From NCBI RefSeq assembly GCF_001194135.2, contig NC_068993.1, positions 24,825,390 through 24,860,351 of the forward strand: DNA of 34,962 nucleotides, written 5' to 3'. A program made the translations under genes and the position numbers. The notes beneath the pieces were generated by a model. It searched no databases, had not been told where the DNA came from, and saw nothing but the letters and a program-made list of their open reading frames with translations. Positions 1 through 11,229 of the stretch are shown piece by piece (the first letter of the stretch is position 1; every line of letters begins with the position of its first letter). The DNA is from Octopus bimaculoides. Taxonomy: Eukaryota.

Positions 1-66
1 TATATATTAGGGGGAAAAATCAAAACCAAGGCAGAACGAGTATCTCAAGTCATTTAGAATAATTTA

Positions 67-1310
67 TCAGGTCATTAAGAATGAAATGTTCGATTTTGAA
101 CTGAAAGTTTATTTTACTTTATCTCAAAGCAGTGCAGCTAATCAAAGTATGCACCTAAATTATCAACACAATTTTGCCATGTTATCGGTAGCTTATTTAT
201 GCTGGCAACGAAGAATTTTGTAGAGCAAAGGCTGTTTTTGCATCTTCAGATTTGAAGTTTTTGTCTAATGCCCGGAAAACGTGATAATCAGTTGATGCAA
301 GGTCTAGTGAATATGGTAGATGACAGAGTACATCCAGGTTCGGTCCCTGTAACTTGAGTAGCCTTCTTTGTGCAATATGTAGTCGAGCATTGTCTTGCAA
401 GAGAATTGCGCTGTCCCTGTTGACCAATCTCGGTTGTTTAATTGCAAGTTCACTCATCATTTCATCCAATTGGTTGATGTATACATCCTCCGTAATTGAC
501 TTACCAGTTCTTGTGAAGCTGTAGTGGATGACACTAGCGCTGGACCACCAAACAGACATTATTAACTTTTATGGGGAATACTCTGTTTTGGATTGTGCTT
601 TGGCACTTCGTCTCTATCCAGTCACCGTGCAGAACGCTTGCTATTGTTGAAAAGAATCCATTTTTCATCACACTTAACAATACGATGCAAAAACGGTTCG
701 CTTTTATACCGTGACAGCAAAGAACAGCAAGTTTCAAGACGTCGTATCATTTGTTGCACGTTCAGTTTGTGTAGTACCCACTTACCAAGCTTCTTTACCT
801 TTCCGATTTGTTTCAGATGGTCCAATACATTTGGAATCGAAACATCAAACTTTGTTGCTAACTCACGCGTAGCTTGAGATGTATCCGCTTCCTCTACAGT
901 TTCCAGCTCATCATTATCCACCTTGGTCTCAGGTCTTCCACGGGGCTGGTTTTCAAGAGTAAAGTCATCAGACTGGAACTTCTCAAACCATCGACGTACA
1001 GTAGGCTCATTCGCCACGTCTTCACCAAACACTTCATTGATGTTTTGAGCTGTCTGGGATACATTGGTTCCACGACGGAACTCATATTCATAAACAACAC
1101 GAATTTTTTATCTATCTATGGGTTCACAAAAATTTATTTACAACAGAAAACGCACAATATAATCAGACACCATGAATTGCATTTCGAAAAGCGATGATCT
1201 AACTCTTCAATGATGTAAAAAGAAAAGAATTGTCAGGATAAAACGTTAGAGTTAACAACTATCAAACTTGGTGCATAAGAAAATCGGACATTTTATTTTT
1301 AATGACCTGA
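67..1310 (-). mobile_element. Full-length (1244 bp) mariner DNA transposon, Hsmar1/cecropia-like, inactive
   Basis: TIRs TCAGGTCATTAAGAATGAAATGTTCGATTT (67..) and AAATCGGACATTTTATTTTTAATGACCTGA (..1310), with TA on both sides (65-66, 1311-1312); transposase inside. Confidence 0.93.
197..1100 (-). pseudogene. Mariner transposase, disrupted
   Basis: ORFs 622-1032 and 197-559 carry RRWFEKF..RGRP, WVLHKL (WVPHEL), CDEKW, QDNARLH and YSLDLASTDYH (YSPDLAPSDY); the reading frame is broken into pieces. Confidence 0.92.
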
Positions 1311-1991
1311 TAATTAGGGTAAAGTGAATTTAAAGTCTTACAGCCGTTTCTCAGATAGCTCAAGTGGTAGGTTAGCATATTCATACACTGGGTATCCCGT
1401 CATCAGAGACAAGGTATGAATATTTTAGACGTGGAAAAATTTACAGTTTACAAGGAATAAAATTCACAGTTTATAAAGATTAAAATAGAAGAATAAAGGA
1501 GTAAACTTGAAGACTAAAGATTAAAAGTAGCTAGAAGAAAATAGATAGGAGAATAGTGTTCACAACTCATTTTTCCCAGAGAATATGGATGTTGGTCGGT
1601 ATTTCCATGAAGGTACAGGTCATTAGTTAAAATCCCAGGTAAATCCAGGCAGTGTTTTGGTAGTATTTTGAATGATGTATTCATATCGTAAATGTGTATT
1701 CATTTTGTGCATGGGCATGCTAACCTACCACTTGGGTTATCCCAGAGACGGCTGTAAGGCTTTAAATTCACCTTACCCCAATTAAATTATACGAAATGAC
1801 TTGAGATACTCGTTCTGCCTTGGTTTTGATTTTTTTTCTCTAATATAATATATAACTGCTATAATAGAATCCTAAGACAGATCCCCAGATCAACCTTAGT
1901 TGTGATCTTGGAACCTAACGGTCGACCAACTGTAGTTCTTACCCAACGTACCTATTTGTTTAGATCACAAATGATCTAAACCTCTCATATT

Positions 1992-1994
<3 letters not shown>

Positions 1995-2029
<35 letters not shown>
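1995..2029. repeat. (TA)n microsatellite
   Basis: Directly visible. Confidence 0.95.
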
Positions 2030-2030
<1 letters not shown>

Positions 2031-2034
<4 letters not shown>

Positions 2035-2183
2035 GCTTCTTTCTGCTGCTTCCGTCTGTCAATATCAACTCACAAACCCGAAGTTGAAGCACAAGGCACT
2101 TGTCGAAGGTGGCCAGCAATAGAACTAAACCCGGAACCATGTGGTAGGGAAGCAAGCTTCTTACCATACAGCCATGCCTGCGC
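2031..2183 (-). mobile_element. tRNA-derived SINE family A, deleted 5' part
   Basis: Reverse complement of the head of the copy at 17046 (CCCGGAACCATGTGG..AGCAAGCTTCTTACCA..CAGCCA). Confidence 0.8.
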
Positions 2184-2230
2184 TTGTTCTTAGCAGAATG
2201 TGTGTGTGTGTGTGTGTGTATGTGTGTTTG

Positions 2231-2368
2231 CATACCAAATCCACTCACAAGATTTTGGTCGGCCCAAATCTATAGTAAAAGACACTTGCCCAAGGTGCCA
2301 TATAGTGGGACTGAACCCGAAACCATGCGGTTGGGAAGCAAGTTTCTTATTACAAAGCCACGCCTGCA
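2231..2368 (-). mobile_element. SINE family A, 5' half
   Basis: ACCAAATCCACTCACAAG..GACACTTGCCCAAGGTGCCA..GGGACTGAACCCG..AGCCACGCC matches 17046-17190 in reverse; preceded by a (GT)n tract. Confidence 0.85.
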
Positions 2369-3075
2369 ATGGGTCTCTACAAAGTATCCGTCAGCAAAAC
2401 GTGTTTCTTACCACACAGCCATGTATGCGCTTATATTAAAATAATATTTATAATAATATTAAAATTTGACATGATTTGATCGTAAGGAGTATAAGAATAT
2501 AAGGTCAAAACTAAATGCCGTAATGTCCAGTTACTGCCTTTAATTTACAGTAAATTAATTTAAATATATTTCTGCAAACAATTGAATTACCAGAGTAATG
2601 GATTGGTTGATCAAAGAGTATTTCTTCTGGTTCTTTATTTTCTGAGTTAAAATCGAGACAAAGTCAATTTTGCACCTCGTTTCTCTGAGATCGCTAAAAC
2701 ATGGAATTAATCAAGTATAGGGAATGATTTAATCGATAAACGCCTTTCAAAAGAATTTCTTTTCATTACTTGTCCCAGAAATTATATATATATATATAAN
2801 NNNNNNNNNNNNNNNNNNNNNNNNNNNNNNNNNNNNNNNNNNNNNNNNNNNNNNNNNNNNNNNNNNNNNNNNNNNNNNNNNNNNNNNNNNNNNNNNNNNN
2901 NNNNNNNNNNNNNNNNNNNNNNNNNNNNNNNNNNNNNNNNNNNNNNNNNNNNNNNNNNNNNNNNNNNNNNNNNNNNNNNNNNNNNNNNNNNNNNNNNNNN
3001 NNNNNNNNNNNNNNNNNNNNNNNNNNNNNNNNNNNNNNNNNNNNNNNNNNNNNNNNNNNNNNNNNNNNNNNNNNN

Positions 3076-3202
3076 GTGTGTGTGTGTGTGTGTGTGTGTG
3101 TGTCTGCGTGTGTGTGCCTTTGGGCTTGTGTTTGTACCTCACTGTCGTTTGACAAGTGTTGGTGTGTTTACGTCCTCGTAACTAAGCGGTTGGGCAAAAG
3201 AG
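3076..3202 (+). mobile_element. SINE family A, 3' half with (GT)n
   Basis: GGTGTGTTTACGTCCTCGTAACTAAGCGGTTGGGCAAAAGAG matches the 3' part of the 17046 copy; the 5' part is lost in the gap. Confidence 0.75.
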
Positions 3203-3236
3203 GCATGTGTAATATTTACTTTCATTATATACATAG

Positions 3237-3273
<37 letters not shown>

Positions 3274-5653
3274 TGTATATATATCCTGAGTACGATTTTA
3301 AACTGTATCCGCTAGAGGAGTTTTTGTCCGGGAATTTCAATCTTTTGAGAAGTATGGAACCAGCTCTTAGCCACTGTTGTTCCAGGTCTACTCTGACCCA
3401 GAGCAGTAGCACCTGTCAGGGTTCCAGGTATGAATTAACTAGAACATGTCCAATGTGGTCACTAAATTTTAATGTGAAACTGAAAGACTCTAGCTGTTAT
3501 ATTAACTGCACGGGAACACAGACATACCCTTGGTTAGTTTCGAAGCGTGCAGCAAAACCACAGGGAGTGAGCGGCCCCGAACTGTTGTATCAAGTTCCTT
3601 CTAGGAAGGATGTAAAACCTGCCGTTTCACATGATTACTGGCCACCTCGCCTCCACGTGTCCCCATGTACTAATCACGAAGGCTCAGGGAATGTTACTCG
3701 TGTTCTATAAGCATTTATCACTATAATCCAGTGACGTACAAATGTCTTTTTATGGTTATCTTATTCGTCATTCCATCAGCTACAATACTATGGCAACAGA
3801 GAAGTGGCGATGCATGCAGACCTAACCAGTTGGAAGCGCTTAGCAAGATACAGCTTTTGTCTGTCACCTATGCTTCAAGCCATGTAAATCTGCAACGAGA
3901 CTGATTAGTCTCTTGAAAGGTCATGGGTGGAAGGTAGAAATACTATCGACAGCGAAGAAGTGCAAGGAGACGGCAATCATCGATGAAAGTGGAACATTCA
4001 CCATTTATTTATGTATATGTATGTGTGTGTATGAATGTATGTATGTACGTACACACACACACATATATATATATGATGTGTGTATGTGCGTGCGTGCGTG
4101 TGTGTGTGTGTATGTGTGTGTACATGTGTGTGTGTGTAAAATACCTTATTGATTGTTAGGAGGGTAAAAGAAATCATAAATTTTATGCTAACCTTGATTA
4201 CATTACCATATCTTTCTAAAGTTTTTTACCTTCAAGACCACATGCACTTTCAAAGACCTATTGTTATCCTTAGTTATCCATCCACGATACATATCTTTCT
4301 GACGCACATTAGTTTCTGAGTTACAATACTTTTTAGAGCACATTACTTTCTTGGAGACATCAGATAAAATGAAATTACTGCAACCAAGATTCCAAAGAAG
4401 ATCACGAACTTAGTTGACTGAGAGTTCACCTTCATAATACGTCACATAATACATCACTCCACATACATAAATAGAATATTGTGCATTAGATAAATACTTG
4501 TTTCGTTTTTGAGTGGTTTTATACTATGAAAACAGTACGTGAACTTCAGAAATAAAGTTATAGAACTTTGTCATATTTTCGAAAATGTAACTCAAACCTT
4601 AGGTAAACAGCAATAAGTGAGGACATTTAAGTTGTGTTTTGAAAGTGTTTTGTCCTTTGAGACTAAGAATATGTCTCATAACTTTATAGCAGTTAATGTT
4701 ATATGTCAGATGATTAAATATATAAAAAGAGATTAATAATTGTTTGAAACACGACCGCCTGCTATATTTTGTTTAAAGACCTTTCGCATCATAGATTATT
4801 CAAACGTATCAAAGCATTTTCCCTCGTGATGTTAGGCTCCACACAGTGCTTGCGCCTTTGGTCTCCAGAGAAATACCACAATGTCCTGTGGCAGCATATA
4901 GTTGGTAAACTTGAATCTGTATATCGCTGTTTAAAGTTTTGTTTAAGTATTCAATGTCATACAATACTTCCCATTAGCGAACCGAAACACTAATTAATTA
5001 ATTAATAAAATGTAGTCATAATTGAATTAATATTGCTCTTACAGATAGCATTTCCTTATTTGTAACAGTATCATGACGACAAATTATAAGGTTAGTTTCA
5101 TTTCCTTGTGGTCAGTCACCGAGAACCAAATGGTTGCTATGGTAAATATATTGATTTCTTTCACTAGGAAAAAGATACGATTTTTACAGAACATAGGACA
5201 TTCAATAGATTTCTAGATTTATTTTATCAAAATAAAAATGATCAGAGATAAAACTGACGCTTCAGAATTTGGCTTCAAACAGGGCGTATGTAAAATAGAT
5301 ACACTAAAGCGACCTCAGTTAGAAAAGTAACATTTTTTTGTTGCAATGGCTAAGTACTGTAGTCAAGAAAACTCAGCTGATAAGAAATTCAACCAGACGC
5401 AAATACCCACAGCCCAACCCAGTAGGTATTCTTGTACCTGTCCCATCCTCCAATTTATGATAGGGCTAGGCATATAATCGAGCCATGTTATTTAAAAGAT
5501 GAATTTTAATGAATCTAATAATCCTTAAACGGAAGCTCTATGTTTAAAAGTTTCTATTTTATTGTATTTCTTCTTTTTTAATATCCAAAAACAGTGGATT
5601 AATCAAAAACAGGCTAAAATACCCCATCGCATTTCAAGGTGGGAAAGAAATGC

Positions 5654-5810
5654 ATCTTAGTTCTGAGTTCAAATGCTACCAAGGTTGACTTTATCTTTCA
5701 TCCTTTTGGTGTCAATGAATTATGTACCGATTGAGCCCTGGGGTTAATGTAATCAACTACCCCCCTCCCCCAAAATTTCAGGCCTTGTGCCTATAGTATA
5801 AAGGATTATT
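5654..5810 (+). mobile_element. SINE family B, 5'-truncated
   Basis: GTTCTGAGTTCAAAT..GACTTT..CTTTCATCCTTT..AAATTTCAGGCCTTGTGC is shared with the copies at 5934-6147 and 9867-10058. Confidence 0.8.
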
Positions 5811-5933
5811 GATTACATAATCCCATCTATTTGGCAAATAGGGCGTAAAATTCTTCAGGTTTCGAAACAAGGAAATACCTAATATCATGTTTAACCTTTT
5901 CACAATTGATGAATTGTCTTCCCTTTAAATAAT

Positions 5934-6147
5934 CCTTTCTGCTGTAAGCACAAGGCCTGAAATTTGGGAGAGGAGACTAGTCGATTACATCGAAACCAGT
6001 GATCCACTGGTACTTAACTTATCGATTCCGAAAGGATGAAAGACAAAGTCGACTTCGGTGGAATTTGAACTCAGAACGTAGCGGCGGACGAAATACCGCT
6101 AAGCATTTCATCTGGCGTGCTAACGATTCTGCTCGCTCTCCGCCCTC
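5934..6147 (-). mobile_element. SINE family B, full length, with 8-bp TSD
   Basis: tRNA-like head (GGCGGAGAGCGAGCAGAATCGTTAGC..GTTCTGAGTTCAAATTCC); TAAATAAT duplicated at 5926-5933 and 6148-6155. Confidence 0.88.
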
Positions 6148-6727
6148 TAAATAATGTTGCAATGACCTGAAAACATGACATTTAGACGGAGCAATGTCAG
6201 GAGAGTAAAAAAGATGATGCAAACTTTCATATTTAGTGCTATAATCTTTTCCTGGGTGATTTAGGCAATATGCTGTCTTGCGTTTTTGTACACAAGCAGC
6301 ACACCTTTACGACTGGCCAATAATGAGCACTTTTTCAGCAATTTTTTGCTCAATGCTTCCAGTTGACGACAATATTAACTTTTTCGCTTTGGTTTAAGAC
6401 GTCATGATAGACGACAGCCTTCATATCTCTCCAAACACAGGGCATAACTTTTTCTCGGATGTAGTCCCGGTTTCAAGGTGGATTCTCCTTTTCGTTGAGT
6501 GCTAACCATTTTCGTTTTTTAGTTGGATTATGGAGAATCCACTTTTCATCATCTGTGGTGATTCTACTCAGAAAAGGTCAAAGATGAGCAGAAGGTAACT
6601 CTTTAATTAAGCTGGGAAGCAGTCAGATGATGAGGGAACTACCGACTAAGTTTAGACACTTCTCGTAGTTCATGAAGTTGTTGCATGACTAAAGAGTGAT
6701 TTGAACTCTTTTGCTAATTCTTTTGCA

Positions 6728-6879
6728 GTAGGCGTGGCTGCATGCTAAGAAGTTTGTTTCCTAACCACATGGTTCCGGGTTCTGTCCCTCTACGTGACAC
6801 TTTGAGCAATTCCGACCAAAAACTTGCGCATAGATTTGATATACAGAAACTGAAAGAAGACCATCGTGTGTGTGTGTGT

Positions 6880-6930
<51 letters not shown>

Positions 6931-7122
6931 TTTGTCACTGTGATTGTTTCTCACCACCGCTTGATAACTGGTGTTGCTGTGTTTACGACCCGTAACTTAG
7001 CAGTTCGGCAAAAGAAACCGATAGAATAAGTACCAGCCTTTGCAAAAAATAATAAATATTCGTTCGACTAAAAGTGGTGCTCTAGTCATGCTCGCAGTCT
7101 GACTGAAACAAGTAAAAGATAA
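6728..7122 (+). mobile_element. SINE family A, near full length, internal (GT)n
   Basis: Colinear with 17046-17443; ends GACTGAAACAAGTAAAAGATAA. Confidence 0.88.
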
Positions 7123-7380
7123 CTACGGTTTTCAGAAGCTCAATATTGACAGAATTTGGTCACTCAGATCGAGTGGAATCTACAAGAGAAAAATTTCCCG
7201 AACGAAACTGGTCTAACTATCGTTGGCATGTCAAGATACTTTAACCTTCATTTCCACAGAGAGAATGAATAATTCTGGCTGGTTCCATTGTTTGAACCAC
7301 CCGTTTTTAAATTCATACAGTATACGATGTTTGATATAAATCTGATTTAAACAAAGAAACAAAATCAAAATTAGAATGTA

Positions 7381-8264
7381 CGAGGTGGTATCAAAAAGTT
7401 CCCGGACTAGTTTTGTAGCACACCAACAGATGCCAGCACACGGCTGCTTGCACGGTGAAAGCTAGCAATGACCTTCATGAGGCAGTGTACCAAGTAACAT
7501 CGCTGTGTTTACTTCGCAAGTTGTAAAATTTGTGTTTTTGTCATCATGTGTATGTGTAGTCTGTGATTTTTGTCAAGGACAGGAAATTGAAACAAAGAAC
7601 CAACAGGAAATTTTGCGTTAAACTTGGAAAGTCTGCTGCAGAAAAAGTGAGCATACTTCGGCGATGTTTCGAGTGGCACAGGCGCTTCAAGAGGCACCAC
7701 AGAGCCGCAGCCCAATCAAGAGCATGCTCATCGCTTCTCATCGACACCCGCGGTATTGTGCATCGAGATCTCGTCCTCCAAGGCCAGACCGTCAATCGAA
7801 AATTCTACTGCGACGTTTTGAAGTGTTTGAGGGACGATATTTGGCGAAAGCAACCGGATCTGTAGAGCGCGAAGAAATGGATTCTTCACGACGACAATGC
7901 AGCCTGACACAGAGCTCTCCTCACTTGCAAGTTTCTCCCCCAAAACAACATGGTATCGCTTCTGTCCCCGCTCTATTCACCATATTTAGCACCTGCGGAC
8001 TTCCATCTTTTCCCCAATATGAAAATGCTGTTCAAAGGTCACCGTTTTAACACCGTTGTCGAGATCCAGAGCGAATCGCAGAAGGTGATCGAATCGCTTA
8101 TAGAAAAACGACTTCCAGGCCGGATTCCAAAAGTGGCAGGAACGCTGGGACCGGTTTACTGATGCGCAAGGTGAGTATTTCAAAGGCGATGATGTTAAAA
8201 CTTAGGTAAATAAGTTATTTTTCATTAAACATAAATAGTCCGGGAACTTTTTGATACCACCTTA
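7381..8264 (+). mobile_element. Internally deleted mariner (irritans/Hsmar2-like)
   Basis: TIR CGAGGTGGTATCAAAAAGTTCCCGGACTA after TA, and TAGTCCGGGAACTTTTTGATACCACCTT; peptides KFCVKLGKSA, GIVHRD..GQTVNRKFY, WILHDDNA, YSPYLAPADFHLFP. Confidence 0.92.
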
Positions 8265-8745
8265 CTAAAGTTAATGTTTATTTTATCTTAAATACTGAAA
8301 AAGTAACCCCGGAGTGTTCATGTCAAAAATACGACAGCATTTTCTTTCTAGCCCCTTGCTATACATTAGGGTTAGGGTTGAATGAATATAGTTACAATCA
8401 TAGTTCATATTTATATCATACAAACCTGCTTATAAACATACCTAGATTAGTAATAAAGTGTAGTATTTCGATACTTCAGAGTTTGATCATATGCAGCCGT
8501 GTCACATGTCACACTGAAAAACAAATACCATATAAATTTCGCAAATCTAAATATAAGTTCGTATACCATCGAGAGGGATAAGTTTTAAATGTTTGGCCAA
8601 ATACATTCTTCGGAAAAATATAATTAAATGTTTTCGGTAGAACCGACTCTTTGTCGGTTCTACCGAAAACATTTAATTATATTTAATAAAAGGGTACTAT
8701 TTCAAATTCTGCCCAGAATGTTAGAATTACGTCTCAGAAGATCAA

Positions 8746-8918
8746 GTGGCTGCTCGACCTGCTCGCAAAAACAACCAAATCGCTCTAAAATCAAACCCTA
8801 CCGTGTTATATGAAATGGGTACATTAGATAATGTAGTCCTACATACCCTTAAAAAACGGTAGCATTTGATCATAGCTCTATTTGGTCATACTTGACCTGG
8901 GACTAAACAACAATAACA
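8746..8918 (+). repeat. Interspersed repeat family C fragment
   Basis: Diverged inverted similarity to 14430-14570 (GACCTGGGACTAAACAACAATAAC vs GTTATTGTTTAGCCTCTATGTC). Confidence 0.5.
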
Positions 8919-9122
8919 CTTACGAACTTTCATATTTTATTGTTTTTTTTTGTGTTATTTCTGTTTTGTTTTGTTTTTGTTTTCTTTTTTGCCGATGTAG
9001 ATTTCCATTGTTTCTTTCGTAGTCAGGTTTTATAATTTTACTTGGGTGCAATCCATGTGAGAACCAGAGAAGGTTATGTGCAAAAATACATTTAATGACT
9101 AAAACATTAAACAGCTGTATTA

Positions 9123-9308
9123 TGAAGGAGTGCTGAAAAGTTCCTGGTTTTCATTTTATCGTAAAAGGCCTGACTGGATGCCTAACCTTCCGAGCTCTTT
9201 TACAGGGCGTCAATAAGTGTGTGAAGCCGAGAGGGAAATATATTGAATACATGATCGTCCTGTATTTTTTCTTTTACCCAAAGCCAGGAACTTTTCAGCA
9301 TCCCCTCG
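9123..9308 (+). mobile_element. Mariner-derived MITE (186 bp)
   Basis: TIRs TGAAGGAGTGCTGAAAAGTTCCTGGTTT / AAAGCCAGGAACTTTTCAGCATCCCCTCG, TA on both sides; vestige of the transposase C-terminus (AAGTGTGTGAAGCCGAGAGGGAAATATATTGAA, KCVKPRGKYIE). Confidence 0.85.
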
Positions 9309-9866
9309 TATATATTCACACTGTGTAACCGGTATTTAGTACATCTCATATGAAGAGCAAAAGAAATACAACATTAACTTTTTCCTAAAATGTCATCCAC
9401 ATGTTATAATTAAGCAGTTAAACAGATGATATTAATGTATTTTAGTATGTTATTTAGTGATTCAATTGCAATTACTTCGGCATGTTATAATCATGATGCA
9501 CTTCCGCTGAGAATTTTCAAGCCAAATCCCTCCGGACCTGCCCCAGATAATTACAGATAAGATAAAAATAATGTCAGTAATTAACTAAAATTAATTTGCT
9601 ATTGCCAGTTTTGTTACATGTACAACTGTATATTTGAAAAGTTCATTTCGCAAGCAAGTGATTCATGCTTCCAACAGTCGGCAAGGCATCTTAGTCAAGT
9701 TTCGTTTAATATAACCAATAACTTATGAGCGGAATTCGGTTGGTAGGAATTCCGCAGAGGTAAGTCTATGTATGAGTCTTAGGCTGGCGTAAACCGACCT
9801 AAAAGCTGTTACTGTTTTTTTTTTTTTCTTTTTCTATTGTGTTTTCTGAATATTCCATAATAGATA

Positions 9867-10058
9867 AAGTGGCGAGCTAGCAGAATCGTTAACATGCCGT
9901 ATAAAATGCTTAGCGGCATTTTATCTATCTTCATGTTCTGAGTTCAAATTTCACCGAGATCGATTTTGCCTTCCATTCTTCGGGATCGATAAAATGAGTA
10001 CCAGTTGAGCACTGGGATGATTTAGCCGACTTACCCTACCCACCGAAATATCTGGCCT
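9867..10058 (+). mobile_element. SINE family B
   Basis: GGCGAGCTAGCAGAATCGTTAAC..GTTCTGAGTTCAAAT..CCTTCCATTCTTCGGGATCGATAAAATGAGTACCAG. Confidence 0.85.
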
Positions 10059-10602
10059 CCGAATCCTTAATATAGTGATTCGATAAACAGATATCGATAA
10101 AATAAGCACCAAAAGAGAATGAGTATTGCTGTCAAAATGATAGATTATACCTCAAAGGCCGGGTCAGAGAAGGGCTGTAGTCAATGAGTGAAAGCAGTAA
10201 AAGGACAAATATATGGATGTCATTATACTTTCCGTGTTTATTGTTATAATGACCAGTACACAGTAAAGATGACCAATGTTGAATATAGCTCTCATTGAAT
10301 ACTGTAAATAAAGGATCTTGTAATGGGACACTACCTTTACATTGTGCTCTTTTTACTAATTGTTGCAGTCAGCTACCATGCTATACTGTAATTCAGAATG
10401 CTGTCAATTCTACAACAGAAATAACGCAGATTCATTTCATAGTAATTTACAGAGAATTGAAGGAATTTTCCTGCTTGAAGCGTAACTTGCTGGATCATCT
10501 CTAGCATAATGATAAAGTCCTCTCAACCTGCGAACTTTTTTTCTCTAGCTACTTGACCATTTTGATATTGAGTGTCATGTTATTATAAACATCCCACGTT
10601 AC

Positions 10603-10732
10603 CTGCCTCTCTGACATTTCATTATAGGCAGTCCAGTTGTTATCGGAAGACACGAAATTAAAAAAGCTGGATGCTCTCGGAAAGCTTTTCTTCATAGGTT
10701 TGCTCGATCTTGACTGACGTGGGACAGAACAA
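10603..10732 (-). CDS. Candidate host internal exon of unknown protein (CSVPRQSRSSKPMKKSFPRASSFFNFVSSDNNWTAYNEMSERQ)
   Basis: Pyrimidine tract + CAG acceptor, CAG|GTAACG donor, one open frame over 130 bp, TE-free context. A plus-strand alternative also exists; no family recognised. Confidence 0.25.
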
Positions 10733-10940
10733 CTGTCTCAAGAAATAAGAAAAGACAACATTAGTTGTTCTATCTTGAAAAAGCATTGTCGATTATATAT
10801 TATTGGTATTATTTTATTGATTTCAGAAGTAAAACGACAGTTCCGACTGCGTCAAAATTTGAACCCAACATATATGCTGTAAAACATCTATTTTGATACC
10901 CAACTCTTTAGACTACCACCAATTATTAACGACCTATAAG

Positions 10941-11018
10941 ACCAATGTGGTGTATAGTATTGCTTCGAGAGGGGGTAATACCAATGTGATGTATAGTACT
11001 GCTTCGAGAAGGGGTAGT
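10941..11018. repeat. 39-bp tandem duplication (2 copies)
   Basis: ACCAATGTGGTGTATAGTATTGCTTCGAGAGGGGGTAAT followed by ACCAATGTGATGTATAGTACTGCTTCGAGAAGGGGTAGT. Confidence 0.9.
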
Positions 11019-11229
11019 ATCTTTGTAACCCAATCAAGCCGCACACCTTAGTTAAAATAATTTTACTACATAGAAACACTGATCTCTTACAACTCTCAGT
11101 TATGGCTTCAACAAATCAGTATCGAACATTGGTAGCCATACCACGGTTCTTCGAGATGGTGAACTAAATTAAGCAGGATATATCAAAAGCCCCGAATGGA
11201 TTATTGCATAGGGGATGGCAACAGAAGTG

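Larger units (their letters stand above)
5..1848. mobile_element. Long-TIR foldback/MITE-like element (~600 bp once the mariner inside its left arm is removed)
   Basis: 5-66 joined to 1313-1378 is the near-exact reverse complement of 1716-1848 (AATCAAAACCAAGGCAGAACGAGTATCTCAAGTCATTT...TGAATTTAAAG..TTACAGC). The left terminus is at the window edge. Confidence 0.8.
5811..7370 (-). pseudogene. Old mariner transposase remnant split by two SINEs
   Basis: Minus-strand fragments in order: RILYEFKNG..QFRSGNFSL (7122-7360); LHELREVSKL..PHHL and TDDEKW (6540-6727); YSPDIAPS.CHVFRSLQHYL | KGRQF..SKPEEFY..LPNRWDYVINN (5811-5933). Confidence 0.85.

Noticed and set aside
1385-1410. Minus-strand CTGATGA followed by a GGG-ATA-CCC stem
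   Set aside because: Followed by AGTG rather than GAAA; no stem III.
2747-3315. ORFs of HT/CV/YI/LSIY repeats here and elsewhere in the ORF track
   Set aside because: Translations of microsatellites and N gaps.
4347-4435. Minus-strand MKVNSQSTKFVIFFGILVAVISFYLMSPR as a signal-anchor exon
   Set aside because: Hydrophobic peptides arise easily in AT-rich DNA; no compatible downstream exon or homology recognised.
5045-5326. Plus-strand mini-exons (MTTNYK| and IYFIKIKM..PQLE)
   Set aside because: Splice signals are plausible but there is no recognisable protein; chance cannot be excluded.
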